Source: an uncultured Eubacteriales bacterium (GTDB lineage Bacteria > Bacillota > Clostridia > Christensenellales > Aristaeellaceae). From it: a stretch of DNA of 64,000 nucleotides. Positions 17,613 through 25,954 of this stretch are shown piece by piece. Made by a program: the position numbers and the translations under genes. The DNA lies in assembly GCA_944349855.1 (NCBI GenBank), contig CALVNS010000006.1, positions 12,908 through 76,907 of the forward strand, given 5' to 3'. The notes beneath the pieces are model-generated. The model was not told the DNA's origin and did not search any database. It saw nothing but the letters and a program-made list of their open reading frames with translations. The first letter of the stretch is position 1. Each line of letters opens with the position of its first letter.

Positions 17613-17996
17613 ATGGAATGGATGGACCAACTGGAACTCTACTTTAATACCGGCATCACGCTGACGGTTCACCTGCTGGAGCTGATGGGCGTCATCATCA
17701 TCATCTTGGGCGCCATACGCGATTTCTTCTGCTTTTTCTCCGGTCGCGGCTCCAACATCCGCCTGGACCTGGCGCAATCCATGGCCCTGGGCTTGGAGTT
17801 TAAGCTCGGCGGCGAGATTCTGCGCACCGTCATCGTACGCGATTGGAATGAGATCCTCATCGTGGGCGCCATCATCATCCTGCGCGGCGCGCTGAACTTC
17901 CTGATCCATTGGGAAATCCGCCACATCCAGCACGACGACGAAATTCTGCAAGAGACGCTGGATCCACACAAGGGCGCGCAAACGAGCAAATCCTGA
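17613..17996 (+). CDS. DUF1622 domain-containing membrane protein
   Basis: LELMGVIIIILGAIRDF ... LGLEFKLGGEILRTV ... ILRGALNFLIHWE, as I recall the DUF1622 pattern. ATG 17613 follows GGGAGGGAGGG. Confidence 0.75.
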   Translation: MEWMDQLELYFNTGITLTVHLLELMGVIIIILGAIRDFFCFFSGRGSNIRLDLAQSMALGLEFKLGGEILRTVIVRDWNEILIVGAIIILRGALNFLIHWEIRHIQHDDEILQETLDPHKGAQTSKS

Positions 17997-18007
17997 CCGT
18001 CGCGCAA

Positions 18008-18044
18008 ACGACCGGATGCCTTTGGCGATCCGGTCGTCTTTTTG
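18008..18044 (+). terminator. rho-independent terminator between the convergent DUF1622 and TraX genes
   Basis: 10-bp stem ACGACCGGAT / ATCCGGTCGT (18008-18017 / 18028-18037), followed by CTTTTTG. Confidence 0.8.
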
Positions 18045-18048
18045 TCTC

Positions 18049-18867
18049 TCAAATGCGCTCCAGCAACCATAGCACCACCAGGTGTGCCGGGTACAGACCG
18101 TAGCCGGCCCATGCGGGCAGGCGTACGTTTCGCCTCCACGGAAAGAGCATCAGCGGCAGCGCGAGAATTGCCAGCGCCTGCAGCCGAAGCCACGGCGCCA
18201 GGAGCACCGCAGCGGTGCCGGCGGGCCGCAGCTCCAGGCCCAGGAAGGACGTGACGGTGCTGGAGGAAGCGCCCCAGTACAGGCAGAACGCCGCCATCAC
18301 CGCAGCGAGCGCGCTGGCCCGCTCGCGCGCGCCGTACAGCAGTACGATCAGCAGCACGCCGCGCCAGCCATAGTCGCACCCGAATATCTGCGCCAGCAGC
18401 AGCGAAAGCGCCAGCCCCACGCCCGCTGCCAGGCGTCCCAGCGCCCGCGCCGCCGGGCTCATGCGCTCCCAGGGCTTTTCCGCGACGGCCACCAGCGCCA
18501 GCAGCCCCAGCAGCAGCGTCAGGAAGATGTTGGGTTCACGCCAAGTATGCGCCAGCGCCGCCATATAGAGCGGCTGGGAGATCAACCCCACCGCCAACAG
18601 GCGCAGCGCGTACCGCCATACGTTGCGTGTGTAGCAAAATCCGACCACCAGACACCAGGCGTACAATGGAAAGGCGATGCGGCCCAGCACGCGCATCTCC
18701 GGCACGGCGGGAAAGAGCATCTTGCCCATGTGGTCGGTCATCATGAAGATCAGGGCGATGATCTTGAGCGTTCCGGTCGCAGTGCTTCCACCCAGGGACG
18801 GCTTTTGCAGGGAGTTTGCTCTTTGCACGGGCGTTCCTCGTTTCTTTGGCGATCTTGGGCTTTTCAT
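18049..18867 (-). CDS. TraX family membrane protein
   Basis: LKIIALIFMMTDHMGK ... RIAFPLYAWCLVVG pattern of TraX. The start is uncertain: ATG 18867, ATG 18912, or GTG 18828 (the last has a GAGGA RBS). The long N-terminal extension in the track overlaps the neighbouring gene and a terminator. Confidence 0.7.
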   Translation of the reverse strand: MKSPRSPKKRGTPVQRANSLQKPSLGGSTATGTLKIIALIFMMTDHMGKMLFPAVPEMRVLGRIAFPLYAWCLVVGFCYTRNVWRYALRLLAVGLISQPLYMAALAHTWREPNIFLTLLLGLLALVAVAEKPWERMSPAARALGRLAAGVGLALSLLLAQIFGCDYGWRGVLLIVLLYGARERASALAAVMAAFCLYWGASSSTVTSFLGLELRPAGTAAVLLAPWLRLQALAILALPLMLFPWRRNVRLPAWAGYGLYPAHLVVLWLLERI

Positions 18868-18913
18868 TCTGCGCCGCACGTCCGATTTCCTCTTTTTCCC
18901 GACGCGGCGCATC

Positions 18914-18937
18914 AAAAAAAGGAGCCTTGCGGCTCCT
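18914..18937 (-). terminator. rho-independent terminator after the zinc-ribbon gene
   Basis: Minus strand reads AGGAGCC-GCAA-GGCTCCT followed by six further T (18914-18919); a seventh (A18920 on plus) closes the stem. Confidence 0.85.
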
Positions 18938-18944
18938 CTTGGGC

Positions 18945-19235
18945 TCAGTAGCGGTTCTGACGGTTGCGCTCGAAGCACTCGCGGCAGTAGACGGGCTTGT
19001 CGCCACGGGGCTGGAAGGGCACCTGCGTCGTGCAGCCGCAGCCATCGCAAACGACTTCGTACATCTGGCGCTCCGGACGGCCGCCGCCGTTCTGGGCGCG
19101 GCGCGCCGCACGGCAGCTCGGGCAACGGCCCGGCTCGTTCTGGAAGCCCTTCTCCGCATAGAAAGCCTGTTCAGAGGCGGAGAAAACAAATTCGGCGCCG
19201 CACTCGCGGCAGGTCAACGTCTTGTCCTGATACAT
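18945..19235 (-). CDS. small zinc-ribbon protein (two CxxC...CxxC units)
   Basis: 96 aa: CRECGAEF...CPSCR and CDGCGC...YCRECF. GGGAGG RBS. Resembles the widespread probable zinc-ribbon (zf-trcl-like) family. Confidence 0.75.
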   Translation of the reverse strand: MYQDKTLTCRECGAEFVFSASEQAFYAEKGFQNEPGRCPSCRAARRAQNGGGRPERQMYEVVCDGCGCTTQVPFQPRGDKPVYCRECFERNRQNRY

Positions 19236-19571
19236 GAAAAAACCTCCCGAAAAATTTGTGCCTCACCCGACGACAAACCCTGATGTGCTCCAGACGGACT
19301 TCCGATCATCGAACGAAGCGATAGACGAAGGAGGTCTTGAAAACGAACCGGGCAATCCCATGGTTGAGGTCCAACGCCGAGTATTATAGCACGTTTTGCT
19401 TTGCTTGACCAGTCCCTTTTTTTGTTTTGATTCACCGAGCCCTCGTCAATTCATTCCAAGCACGAAAATTTGCCTTTGTTCGGCAGGATTCTGCGCATGT
19501 GGGTCGAATCTCTCTACCAACATTGCTCATGTTTGTATAAGTTCGTATTTATTTTTCGCGTGGAGGGGATT

Positions 19572-20285
19572 ATGAACTACGTGGCTTTCGGGCGGCGCGT
19601 ACGCCAACTGCGCCGGTCCCTGCATTGGACGCAGGCACAGCTCGCGCAGACGTGCGGCATCTCCATCTCGTTCCTCGGCCATATTGAGCGCGGGAGCCGA
19701 AAAGCCAGTCTGCAGACCTTGCTTGAACTGTGCAGCGTGCTGGGCATCAACCCCGATCACCTGCTTGAAGATTCTTTGGATGCCTTTGCCGAGCAGCCCG
19801 ATGACGACACGGAGGGCGGACTGAACGAGGGCGCGGCAAACAGGGCCTCCAGCGGCGCCTCCCCCAGCGAAGGCGTTGAGACCGACGGCGCGCCGAAAGA
19901 AACGCCTTCGGACGAATCCGCTTTGGCCGGGAAGCGTTCGGAAGCCGCCCGCTCTGATGCGCCTTCTTCGGATGAGGCTTTTGGAGTTGAAGTTCCTTCG
20001 GAAGAGGGCTCTTCGGATGAGCCCTCTTCACATGAGGCAGACAAGGCCGGTTCAGTCCAGGCCGTTGGGGATGCATCGCCTTGCGCTTGCGATGAACAGC
20101 CAGCGCAAGGGCAGCCCGACGGTTCGTCTTGGGGCTATGACTTTGGATCGCATGCTGCCCAGGGACACACGCTCCAGCAGACCACCACCTTTGTCGATCT
20201 GTGGGAGCTGGCGACGGATGAGGAGGCAGCCAATGGCGCTGCAGAGCCGCCGGATGCTCCGTCCCCCCGTGAGACGGACGCATAA
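19572..20285 (+). CDS. XRE-family HTH regulator with long acidic low-complexity C-terminal tail
   Basis: FGRRVRQLRRSLHWTQAQLAQTCGISISFLGHIERGSRKASLQTLLELCSVLG is a Cro/C1 HTH. ATG 19572 follows GGAGGGG. The remaining ~170 aa are rich in D/E/S/A/P/G. Confidence 0.85.
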   Translation: MNYVAFGRRVRQLRRSLHWTQAQLAQTCGISISFLGHIERGSRKASLQTLLELCSVLGINPDHLLEDSLDAFAEQPDDDTEGGLNEGAANRASSGASPSEGVETDGAPKETPSDESALAGKRSEAARSDAPSSDEAFGVEVPSEEGSSDEPSSHEADKAGSVQAVGDASPCACDEQPAQGQPDGSSWGYDFGSHAAQGHTLQQTTTFVDLWELATDEEAANGAAEPPDAPSPRETDA

Positions 20286-20426
20286 GCCTTCTGACAGGCC
20301 GGCTTGTATTCGCATCGCGCGCCGCCGTCCGGGTGATGGCCGCTTCACGCGCATATTTGTTCTCATCATTCAGGGTGCAGCCCCAATGGCTCCGCGGACA
20401 TCTGGCGCACCCAAGGAGGCATACCC

Positions 20427-21350
20427 ATGCACGATTTCTCGGCGCTGCTGCGCCGCCTGCATCGTCCGACCGGACGCGTGGATGTAGTGCTCGACACCGA
20501 CGCCTATAATGAAATCGACGATCAGTTCGCCATCGCCTATCTGCTGCATGCCGGCGAACGGGCCGACGTAAAGGCTTTGTATGCAGCGCCCTTTTTTAAC
20601 GCCCGCTCCACCAGTCCGGCGGACGGCATGGAGCGCAGCTATCAGGAGATCCTGCATCTGCTGCGCCTGGCCGGGCGCGAAGAGCTGACCTCCGCCACGC
20701 TGCGTGGCGCTGAGCGGTATCTTCCCGACGAGCGCACGCCCGTGGATTCCCCCGCTGCGCGCGACCTGGCCCGGCGGGCTGCCGCATATACGCCGGAGGC
20801 CCCGCTGTACGTGTTGGCAATCGGCGCAATCACCAACATTGCCTCTGCGCTGTTGCTCGCTCCAGCCATTGCGGATCGGATTGTGATCGTCTGGCTGGGC
20901 GGCCATGCGCTTCACTGGCCCGACACGCGGGAATTCAATATGTGCCAGGACGTCTGCGCCGCTCGCGTCGTCTTCGCCAGCGGGGCAGCGCTCGTTCAGC
21001 TTCCCTGCATGGGCGTTGTCGATCAGCTGCGCACCACCGGTCCGGAGTTAAGCGCCTGGCTGGGCGGCCGAAACCGGCTTTGCGATTACCTGGTGGCCAA
21101 CACCGCCAGAGAGGCCGAAAGCTATGCGGCCGGGAAGCCCTGGAGCCGTGTGATCTGGGATATTTCCGTCGTCGCCTGGCTGTTGGACGAATCGGGCAGC
21201 TGGATGCGCGAGGAAATTCTCCCATCCCCCATTCCCCAATATGACCACCACTACAGCCGCGACCCGCGCAGGCATCCGATCTGCTATGTGTGCTCCATCG
21301 ATCGCGACGCCGTGTTTGAGGATCTGTTTCGCCGGCTCACGCGCAGTTGA
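20427..21350 (+). CDS. nucleoside hydrolase family protein
   Basis: N-terminal VVLDTDAYNEIDDQFAIAYLL (Asp cluster of the IUNH fold). AAGGAGG RBS. Confidence 0.75.
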   Translation: MHDFSALLRRLHRPTGRVDVVLDTDAYNEIDDQFAIAYLLHAGERADVKALYAAPFFNARSTSPADGMERSYQEILHLLRLAGREELTSATLRGAERYLPDERTPVDSPAARDLARRAAAYTPEAPLYVLAIGAITNIASALLLAPAIADRIVIVWLGGHALHWPDTREFNMCQDVCAARVVFASGAALVQLPCMGVVDQLRTTGPELSAWLGGRNRLCDYLVANTAREAESYAAGKPWSRVIWDISVVAWLLDESGSWMREEILPSPIPQYDHHYSRDPRRHPICYVCSIDRDAVFEDLFRRLTRS

Positions 21351-21474
21351 GCGTCCAGGAGATGAACCGTCTATTCAGAAACCGGTTCTCTCCTCTTTTT
21401 CTTTTTCCAATGCCATAGGAGATATCCGACCGCCTCGAACCATTTTCTTTTGAGGGTTCCTCGCTCTTCATTCG

Positions 21475-22257
21475 TCAGGCCGTGCGGTCCACGCGCATCT
21501 TGTCCGCAATCAATGCGATGAATTCGCCATTGGTCGGCTTGTCGTCCGGCGAACAGACATTGGCGCCAAAGACCTGATTGAGGACTTCGACGCGTCCGCG
21601 GCTCCAGGCCACCTCGATCGCATGGCGAATGGCGCGCTCCACCTTGCTTGGGGAAGTAGAAAATTTGCGGGCAATCCCGGGATAGAGCTCCTTGGTGATG
21701 CGATTGATCATCTCCGGTTCGTCCATCACGAGTTTGACCGCCTCTCGCAAGAACTGATACCCTTTGATGTGCGCCGGAATGCCGACCGTCAAAAAGATGG
21801 AGGCGATCTTCTCGTCTGTCGACTTGGTGTTGACGGACGGCGCAGGTGGAGGCGCCAGCAGCACCTCCTGCATGGTAGGGCGGGTATGCGCCACCTCCAC
21901 GACGCGCTGATAGAGTGTCGAAAAGTCGAACGGCTTGATCATGTAGTAGCGCGCGCCCAACTGCACCGCCCGCATGATGAAGTCGTCCCGGCCCAGCGCG
22001 GTCAACACGATGACCTCGGGCTTGTGCTCCAGCTCCATGTGCGCCAGCTGTTCCAGCATCGCATAGCCGTCCATCTGGGGCATGATGATGTCGGTCAGCA
22101 ACACGTCCGGCTGCGTCTTGGGGAGCAGCTCCAGCGCTTCCACACCGTTGCCCGCCTGGCCGACGACGCGCACGTCTTCACGCTGTGTGAAGTAGTCGGC
22201 GATGATTCGCCGAAGTTCCACATTGTCGTCCACGATCAGAAGTTTTACTGTTTCCAT
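21475..22257 (-). CDS. spo0A: sporulation master response regulator Spo0A
   Basis: Receiver domain (LLIVDDN ... DIIMPQMDG) plus the Spo0A-specific C-terminal domain: GIPAHIKGYQFLREAV, ITKELYPGIARKF.TSPSKVERAIRHAIEVAW, PTNGEFIALIADK. Confidence 0.95.
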   Translation of the reverse strand: METVKLLIVDDNVELRRIIADYFTQREDVRVVGQAGNGVEALELLPKTQPDVLLTDIIMPQMDGYAMLEQLAHMELEHKPEVIVLTALGRDDFIMRAVQLGARYYMIKPFDFSTLYQRVVEVAHTRPTMQEVLLAPPPAPSVNTKSTDEKIASIFLTVGIPAHIKGYQFLREAVKLVMDEPEMINRITKELYPGIARKFSTSPSKVERAIRHAIEVAWSRGRVEVLNQVFGANVCSPDDKPTNGEFIALIADKMRVDRTA

Positions 22258-22331
22258 TCCGACACATCCCCCATATCAAATTTCTATTTTTCAGCCTGCG
22301 TGCAGTGCACGTGGCGAAAAATGACGTTTTT

Positions 22332-22455
22332 TGTCGAATTCATTATATTTCATCACCATTTCGACGTAGGAAGATTGTACCACATTCAAAGCGATTTGTG
22401 AAGTCAAAAACAGTAATTTTTTTCGAATTTACTTCTTTTGTGCTTTTTTTCGATA
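22332..22455 (-). promoter_or_regulatory. spo0A promoter/leader with 0A-box-like heptamers
   Basis: Extended -10 TGGTACAAT (minus; hexamer at 22374-22379) with TTCACA 17 nt upstream. TGTCGAA lies on plus at 22332-22338. CGTCGAA (22360-22366), ATTCGAA (22422-22428) and TATCGAA (22449-22455) lie on minus. Confidence 0.45.
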
Positions 22456-22459
22456 GATC

Positions 22460-22516
22460 AAATAGGAAACGCCATTCTCAGGCAGAGCGTTTTATCACTC
22501 TTTCCCGAGAATGGCG
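22460..22516 (-). terminator. probable terminator after glpK
   Basis: 10-bp stem (22470-22479 / 22507-22516) with a large 27-nt loop, followed by TTTCCTATTT on the minus strand. Confidence 0.5.
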
Positions 22517-22536
22517 GAAGAATATGGGGATTTTGA

Positions 22537-24030
22537 CTATTCCGCTTCAATCCAGCGCTGGCAACGCTCGACAGCCCTGTGCCACTGGTGCAGGATCTTG
22601 TCGCGCTGGCAGGGCTCCATCTGCGGCGTCAGGCGCACGTCTGCATTCCAGATGCCGGTCAGTTCGTCCAGGTCCTTCCAGATGCCGGTTGCCAGGCCCG
22701 CAAGCATTGCGGCGCCCAGCGCGGTCGTCTCGATGACAGCCGGGCGCACGACGGGAACGCCCAGCACATCGCACTGGAACTGCATCAGGAAGTTGTTTGC
22801 GCTTGCGCCGCCGTCCACGCGCAGGCCACGCGGGGTAAAGCCGCAGTCCTTCACCATGGCGTCCACGAGGTCAGCGGACTGCAGGGCGATCGACTCCAGC
22901 GCCGCACGCACGACATGGGCGCGGCCGGTGCCGCGGGTCAGACCGATGAGCATGCCGCGGGAGTACATGTCCCAGTATGGCGCGCCCAGGCCAGTGAACG
23001 CGGGCACGAGGTAGACGCCGCCATTGTCGGGCACGGAGGTGGCGACGGCCTCGCTGTCGGCCGCGCGCTCGATGAGGTGCATCTCGTCGCGCAGCCATTG
23101 GACGGCGGCGCCGCCAACGAAGACGCTGCCCTCCAGCGCGTAGCAGGTCTTGCCGCCAATGCGCCAGGCGACAGTGGTCAGCAGGCCGCTCTTGCTCTGC
23201 ACGGGCTGTTCGCCGGTATTGACCAGCAGGAAACAGCCAGTGCCGTAGGTATTCTTCATCATGCCCTCTTCAAAGCAGGCCTGCCCGAAGAGCGCAGACT
23301 GCTGATCGCCTGCCATGGCGGCCACGGGGATGGGACGGCCCAGGATCTCGGGATCGAGCATGCCGATGATGCCGGAGGTATCGACGATGCGCGGCAGTAC
23401 GGCCGCCGGGATGTTCAGCTTCTCCAGGAGCGTCTCGTCCCAGTCCACCTTGTGGATGTTGAGCAGCATCGTGCGGCTGGCGTTGCTCACGTCCGTCACG
23501 TGCGGGCGGCCCTCGATGAGGTTCCAGGCGAGCCAGCTGTCGATCGTGCCAAAGCACAGGTCGCCGCGCTCCGCGCGCTCGTGCAGGTTCAGCTCATCCA
23601 GCAGCCACTTGAGCTTTGTGCCCGCAAAATACGCGTCCGGCAAAAGGCCGGTGGTTTCGCGAATGTATGCCTCCAGCCCCTGCGCGCGCAGCTGCTCGAC
23701 GATGGGGGCGGTGCGTCGGCACTGCCAGACGATGGCATTGTACACGGGACGGCCGGTGCGCCGGTCCCACAGGACGGTCGTCTCGCGCTGGTTGGTGATA
23801 CCGATGGCCGCGATCTCCTCCACCGGCACGCCGGAGAGCTTGACGGCCGTCTGCAGCGCTTCCTTCTGCGTGGCGAGGATGACGTCTGGATCGTGCTCGA
23901 CCCAGCCGGGTTTGGGATAGATCTGCGGGAATTCGATGCCGTGCACGGCAATGACGCGCGCAAACCGGTCGAATATGACCGCGCGCGAGCTGGTCGTGCC
24001 CTGGTCCAGGGCGATCACGTATTTTTTCAT
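22537..24030 (-). CDS. glpK: glycerol kinase
   Basis: MKKYVIALDQGTTSSRAVIF..., 497 aa, FGGY kinase pattern throughout. Confidence 0.95.
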   Translation of the reverse strand: MKKYVIALDQGTTSSRAVIFDRFARVIAVHGIEFPQIYPKPGWVEHDPDVILATQKEALQTAVKLSGVPVEEIAAIGITNQRETTVLWDRRTGRPVYNAIVWQCRRTAPIVEQLRAQGLEAYIRETTGLLPDAYFAGTKLKWLLDELNLHERAERGDLCFGTIDSWLAWNLIEGRPHVTDVSNASRTMLLNIHKVDWDETLLEKLNIPAAVLPRIVDTSGIIGMLDPEILGRPIPVAAMAGDQQSALFGQACFEEGMMKNTYGTGCFLLVNTGEQPVQSKSGLLTTVAWRIGGKTCYALEGSVFVGGAAVQWLRDEMHLIERAADSEAVATSVPDNGGVYLVPAFTGLGAPYWDMYSRGMLIGLTRGTGRAHVVRAALESIALQSADLVDAMVKDCGFTPRGLRVDGGASANNFLMQFQCDVLGVPVVRPAVIETTALGAAMLAGLATGIWKDLDELTGIWNADVRLTPQMEPCQRDKILHQWHRAVERCQRWIEAE

Positions 24031-24113
24031 GTCGATCCCTCCATTTTGTCCTCATTATAACATAGCGCATACGACACGGCTAGAGAACAGAATCGAAAAG
24101 TCGACATTTTAGA

Positions 24114-24146
24114 CAAAAAACGGGGCATCCGCCACGCAGATGCCCC
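24114..24146 (-). terminator. rho-independent terminator after uppP
   Basis: 8-bp stem GGGGCATC / GATGCCCC (24122-24129 / 24139-24146), followed by GTTTTTTG on the minus strand. Confidence 0.8.
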
Positions 24147-24154
24147 CGCTTTTG

Positions 24155-24979
24155 TCAGGTCCACAGCGCGAAATACGCGATGACCAGCACGCCCAGCGCG
24201 ATGCGGTACCAGCCGAAGACCTTGAAGTCGTGCCGCTGCACGAAGGCCATGAGGAACTTGATTGCCGCAACGGACACCACGAACGCCGTCAGCATGCCCG
24301 CCAGCAACAGCCCCGCCTCCGTACCCGTGAAGGCAAAGCCGAACTTGAGCAGCTTGAGCAGGCTGGCGCCGAACATCACGGGGATCGACATGTAAAAGCT
24401 GAACTCCGCCGCAGCCGGACGCGCCAGTCCCAGGATCATCGCGCCCAGGATCGTCGAGCCCGAGCGCGAAGTGCCCGGCACGAGCGCCAGCACCTGAAAC
24501 GCGCCGATCAGCAGCGCCTGAGCGTAGGAGAGCTCCTCCAGATCGTTCAGCCGCTTCCTGTGCAGGTCGCGGGCGTTTCGGTTCTCCAGCACGATGAACA
24601 GCACGCCGTATACGATCAGCGCCGCCGCGATGACGAAGGGGCTGTCGTAGAAGAGCGCGTCGATCGCATCGTCAAAGGGCACGCCGATCAACGCCGCGGG
24701 CAGGCTGGCCACCAGCACCTTGCCCCACAGGCGCAGCACGTCCCGCTTGACCGGCTGTTCCCTGCTCGCCGAAAACGGCCAAAGCTTGTGAAAGAACAGC
24801 AGCACGACCGCCAGGATGGCGCCCAGCTGGATGACGACGAAGAACATCTCCTTGAACGCGTCGCTCGCGTTCAGCCGGACGAATTCGTCGACCAGCAGCA
24901 TGTGGCCGGTGCTCGAGATGGGCAGCCATTCGGTGATGCCCTCGACCAGCCCGAGAAAGATCGCCTTGAGCATTTCCAC
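24155..24979 (-). CDS. uppP: undecaprenyl-diphosphate phosphatase
   Basis: [18 protein letters not shown] and GTSRSGSTI motifs of BacA/UppP; 274 aa, polytopic. Confidence 0.95.
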   Translation of the reverse strand: MEMLKAIFLGLVEGITEWLPISSTGHMLLVDEFVRLNASDAFKEMFFVVIQLGAILAVVLLFFHKLWPFSASREQPVKRDVLRLWGKVLVASLPAALIGVPFDDAIDALFYDSPFVIAAALIVYGVLFIVLENRNARDLHRKRLNDLEELSYAQALLIGAFQVLALVPGTSRSGSTILGAMILGLARPAAAEFSFYMSIPVMFGASLLKLLKFGFAFTGTEAGLLLAGMLTAFVVSVAAIKFLMAFVQRHDFKVFGWYRIALGVLVIAYFALWT

Positions 24980-25026
24980 GGTATCACGTCCTCACAGCAT
25001 TGATGTATCCATGTCTATGCGCGCGA

Positions 25027-25929
25027 TCAGAATCCATCCACTTCCCACTGCGCAATGCGTCCGCCGGTGAGCGCCTCCAGCTCGGCGACGGTCGCGGCGC
25101 CCTCCAGCGGCGCCGTCAGCGCGAGCATGAGGTGCCCGTCGTCGGCGCGCTCGCACGCAAGGCCGGCCAGCACGGGCGCCGGCCCTTCCACGAAGGCCGC
25201 GCCACGGGCGCGAGAGACCTCGCCCAGCAGCGCGTACAGCGCATTCTCTTCGCCCGGTACGCATGCCGCGTCGCGCACGAACAGGCCATCCTGCTGCGCC
25301 TTGACTTCCACATAGGCGCAGATGCGTCCGCCCTCCTCCAGCACCCAGGCATCGTGCCACTCGGCGAGCACCCAGCTCTCCCAATAGGCGCTCTCCCCGC
25401 GCCAGAACGCGAGCGGGAACTGACCCATGTACAGGTCGTACAGGCCCTGTGCTGTCGGCAGATCCGCGCGTTCAAAGGCGCGCACGCGCCGGCCCTGTCC
25501 CAAGGACGGCAGATTCTCTACACGCACGCGGCCATAGTGCGGATGCACCGGCGTAAAGCCGTGACGGCCATAGTGCGAGGTCAGCACGCCGTACAGGGCA
25601 CGCAGGTACATGCCATGCGCGTCCATGTAGTCGTCGGCCATCTTCAGCAGGTGGTCGGACAGGCCGCGCCCGCGGTATTCGGGCAGCGTGCAGACCTCGC
25701 CGATGCCGCCGGTGAGTACCGGACGGCCCCCCAGCATCAGGCGGCGCGTGAAGACGCGCACGCTTGAGACGAGCTGGCCGTCCTCCTCTGCGACGAAGAT
25801 GCCGTCGATGTCCGCCCAGGGATCCATCTCAAAGTGCCGCCGGAAATATGCGGGGCCCACCGGAAAGACCGTTCCGCACAGCGCATACCAGGCGTCCAGC
25901 TCATGGGTTTTCAGGGTTCGCGTCGTCAT
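25027..25929 (-). CDS. GNAT family N-acetyltransferase (Eis-like, with C-terminal extension)
   Basis: GGIGEVCTLPEYRGRGL is GNAT motif A. Start at MTTRTLK (ATG 25929) behind GGAGGA. Confidence 0.75.
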   Translation of the reverse strand: MTTRTLKTHELDAWYALCGTVFPVGPAYFRRHFEMDPWADIDGIFVAEEDGQLVSSVRVFTRRLMLGGRPVLTGGIGEVCTLPEYRGRGLSDHLLKMADDYMDAHGMYLRALYGVLTSHYGRHGFTPVHPHYGRVRVENLPSLGQGRRVRAFERADLPTAQGLYDLYMGQFPLAFWRGESAYWESWVLAEWHDAWVLEEGGRICAYVEVKAQQDGLFVRDAACVPGEENALYALLGEVSRARGAAFVEGPAPVLAGLACERADDGHLMLALTAPLEGAATVAELEALTGGRIAQWEVDGF

Positions 25930-25954
25930 GATCGTTCCTCCTCTGTCCATCGCT

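Noticed and set aside
18868-19125. N-terminal extension of the TraX ORF
   Set aside because: It overlaps the zinc-ribbon gene in another frame and crosses that gene's terminator hairpin, and its composition is Arg/Pro-rich. The true start must lie downstream of 18913.
22340-22400. Possible sigma-H-type promoter (GAATT-containing -10) for spo0A
   Set aside because: Only a partial match to RNNGAATWW was found, and no convincing AGGAWWW element at the proper spacing. There is not enough support to report it.
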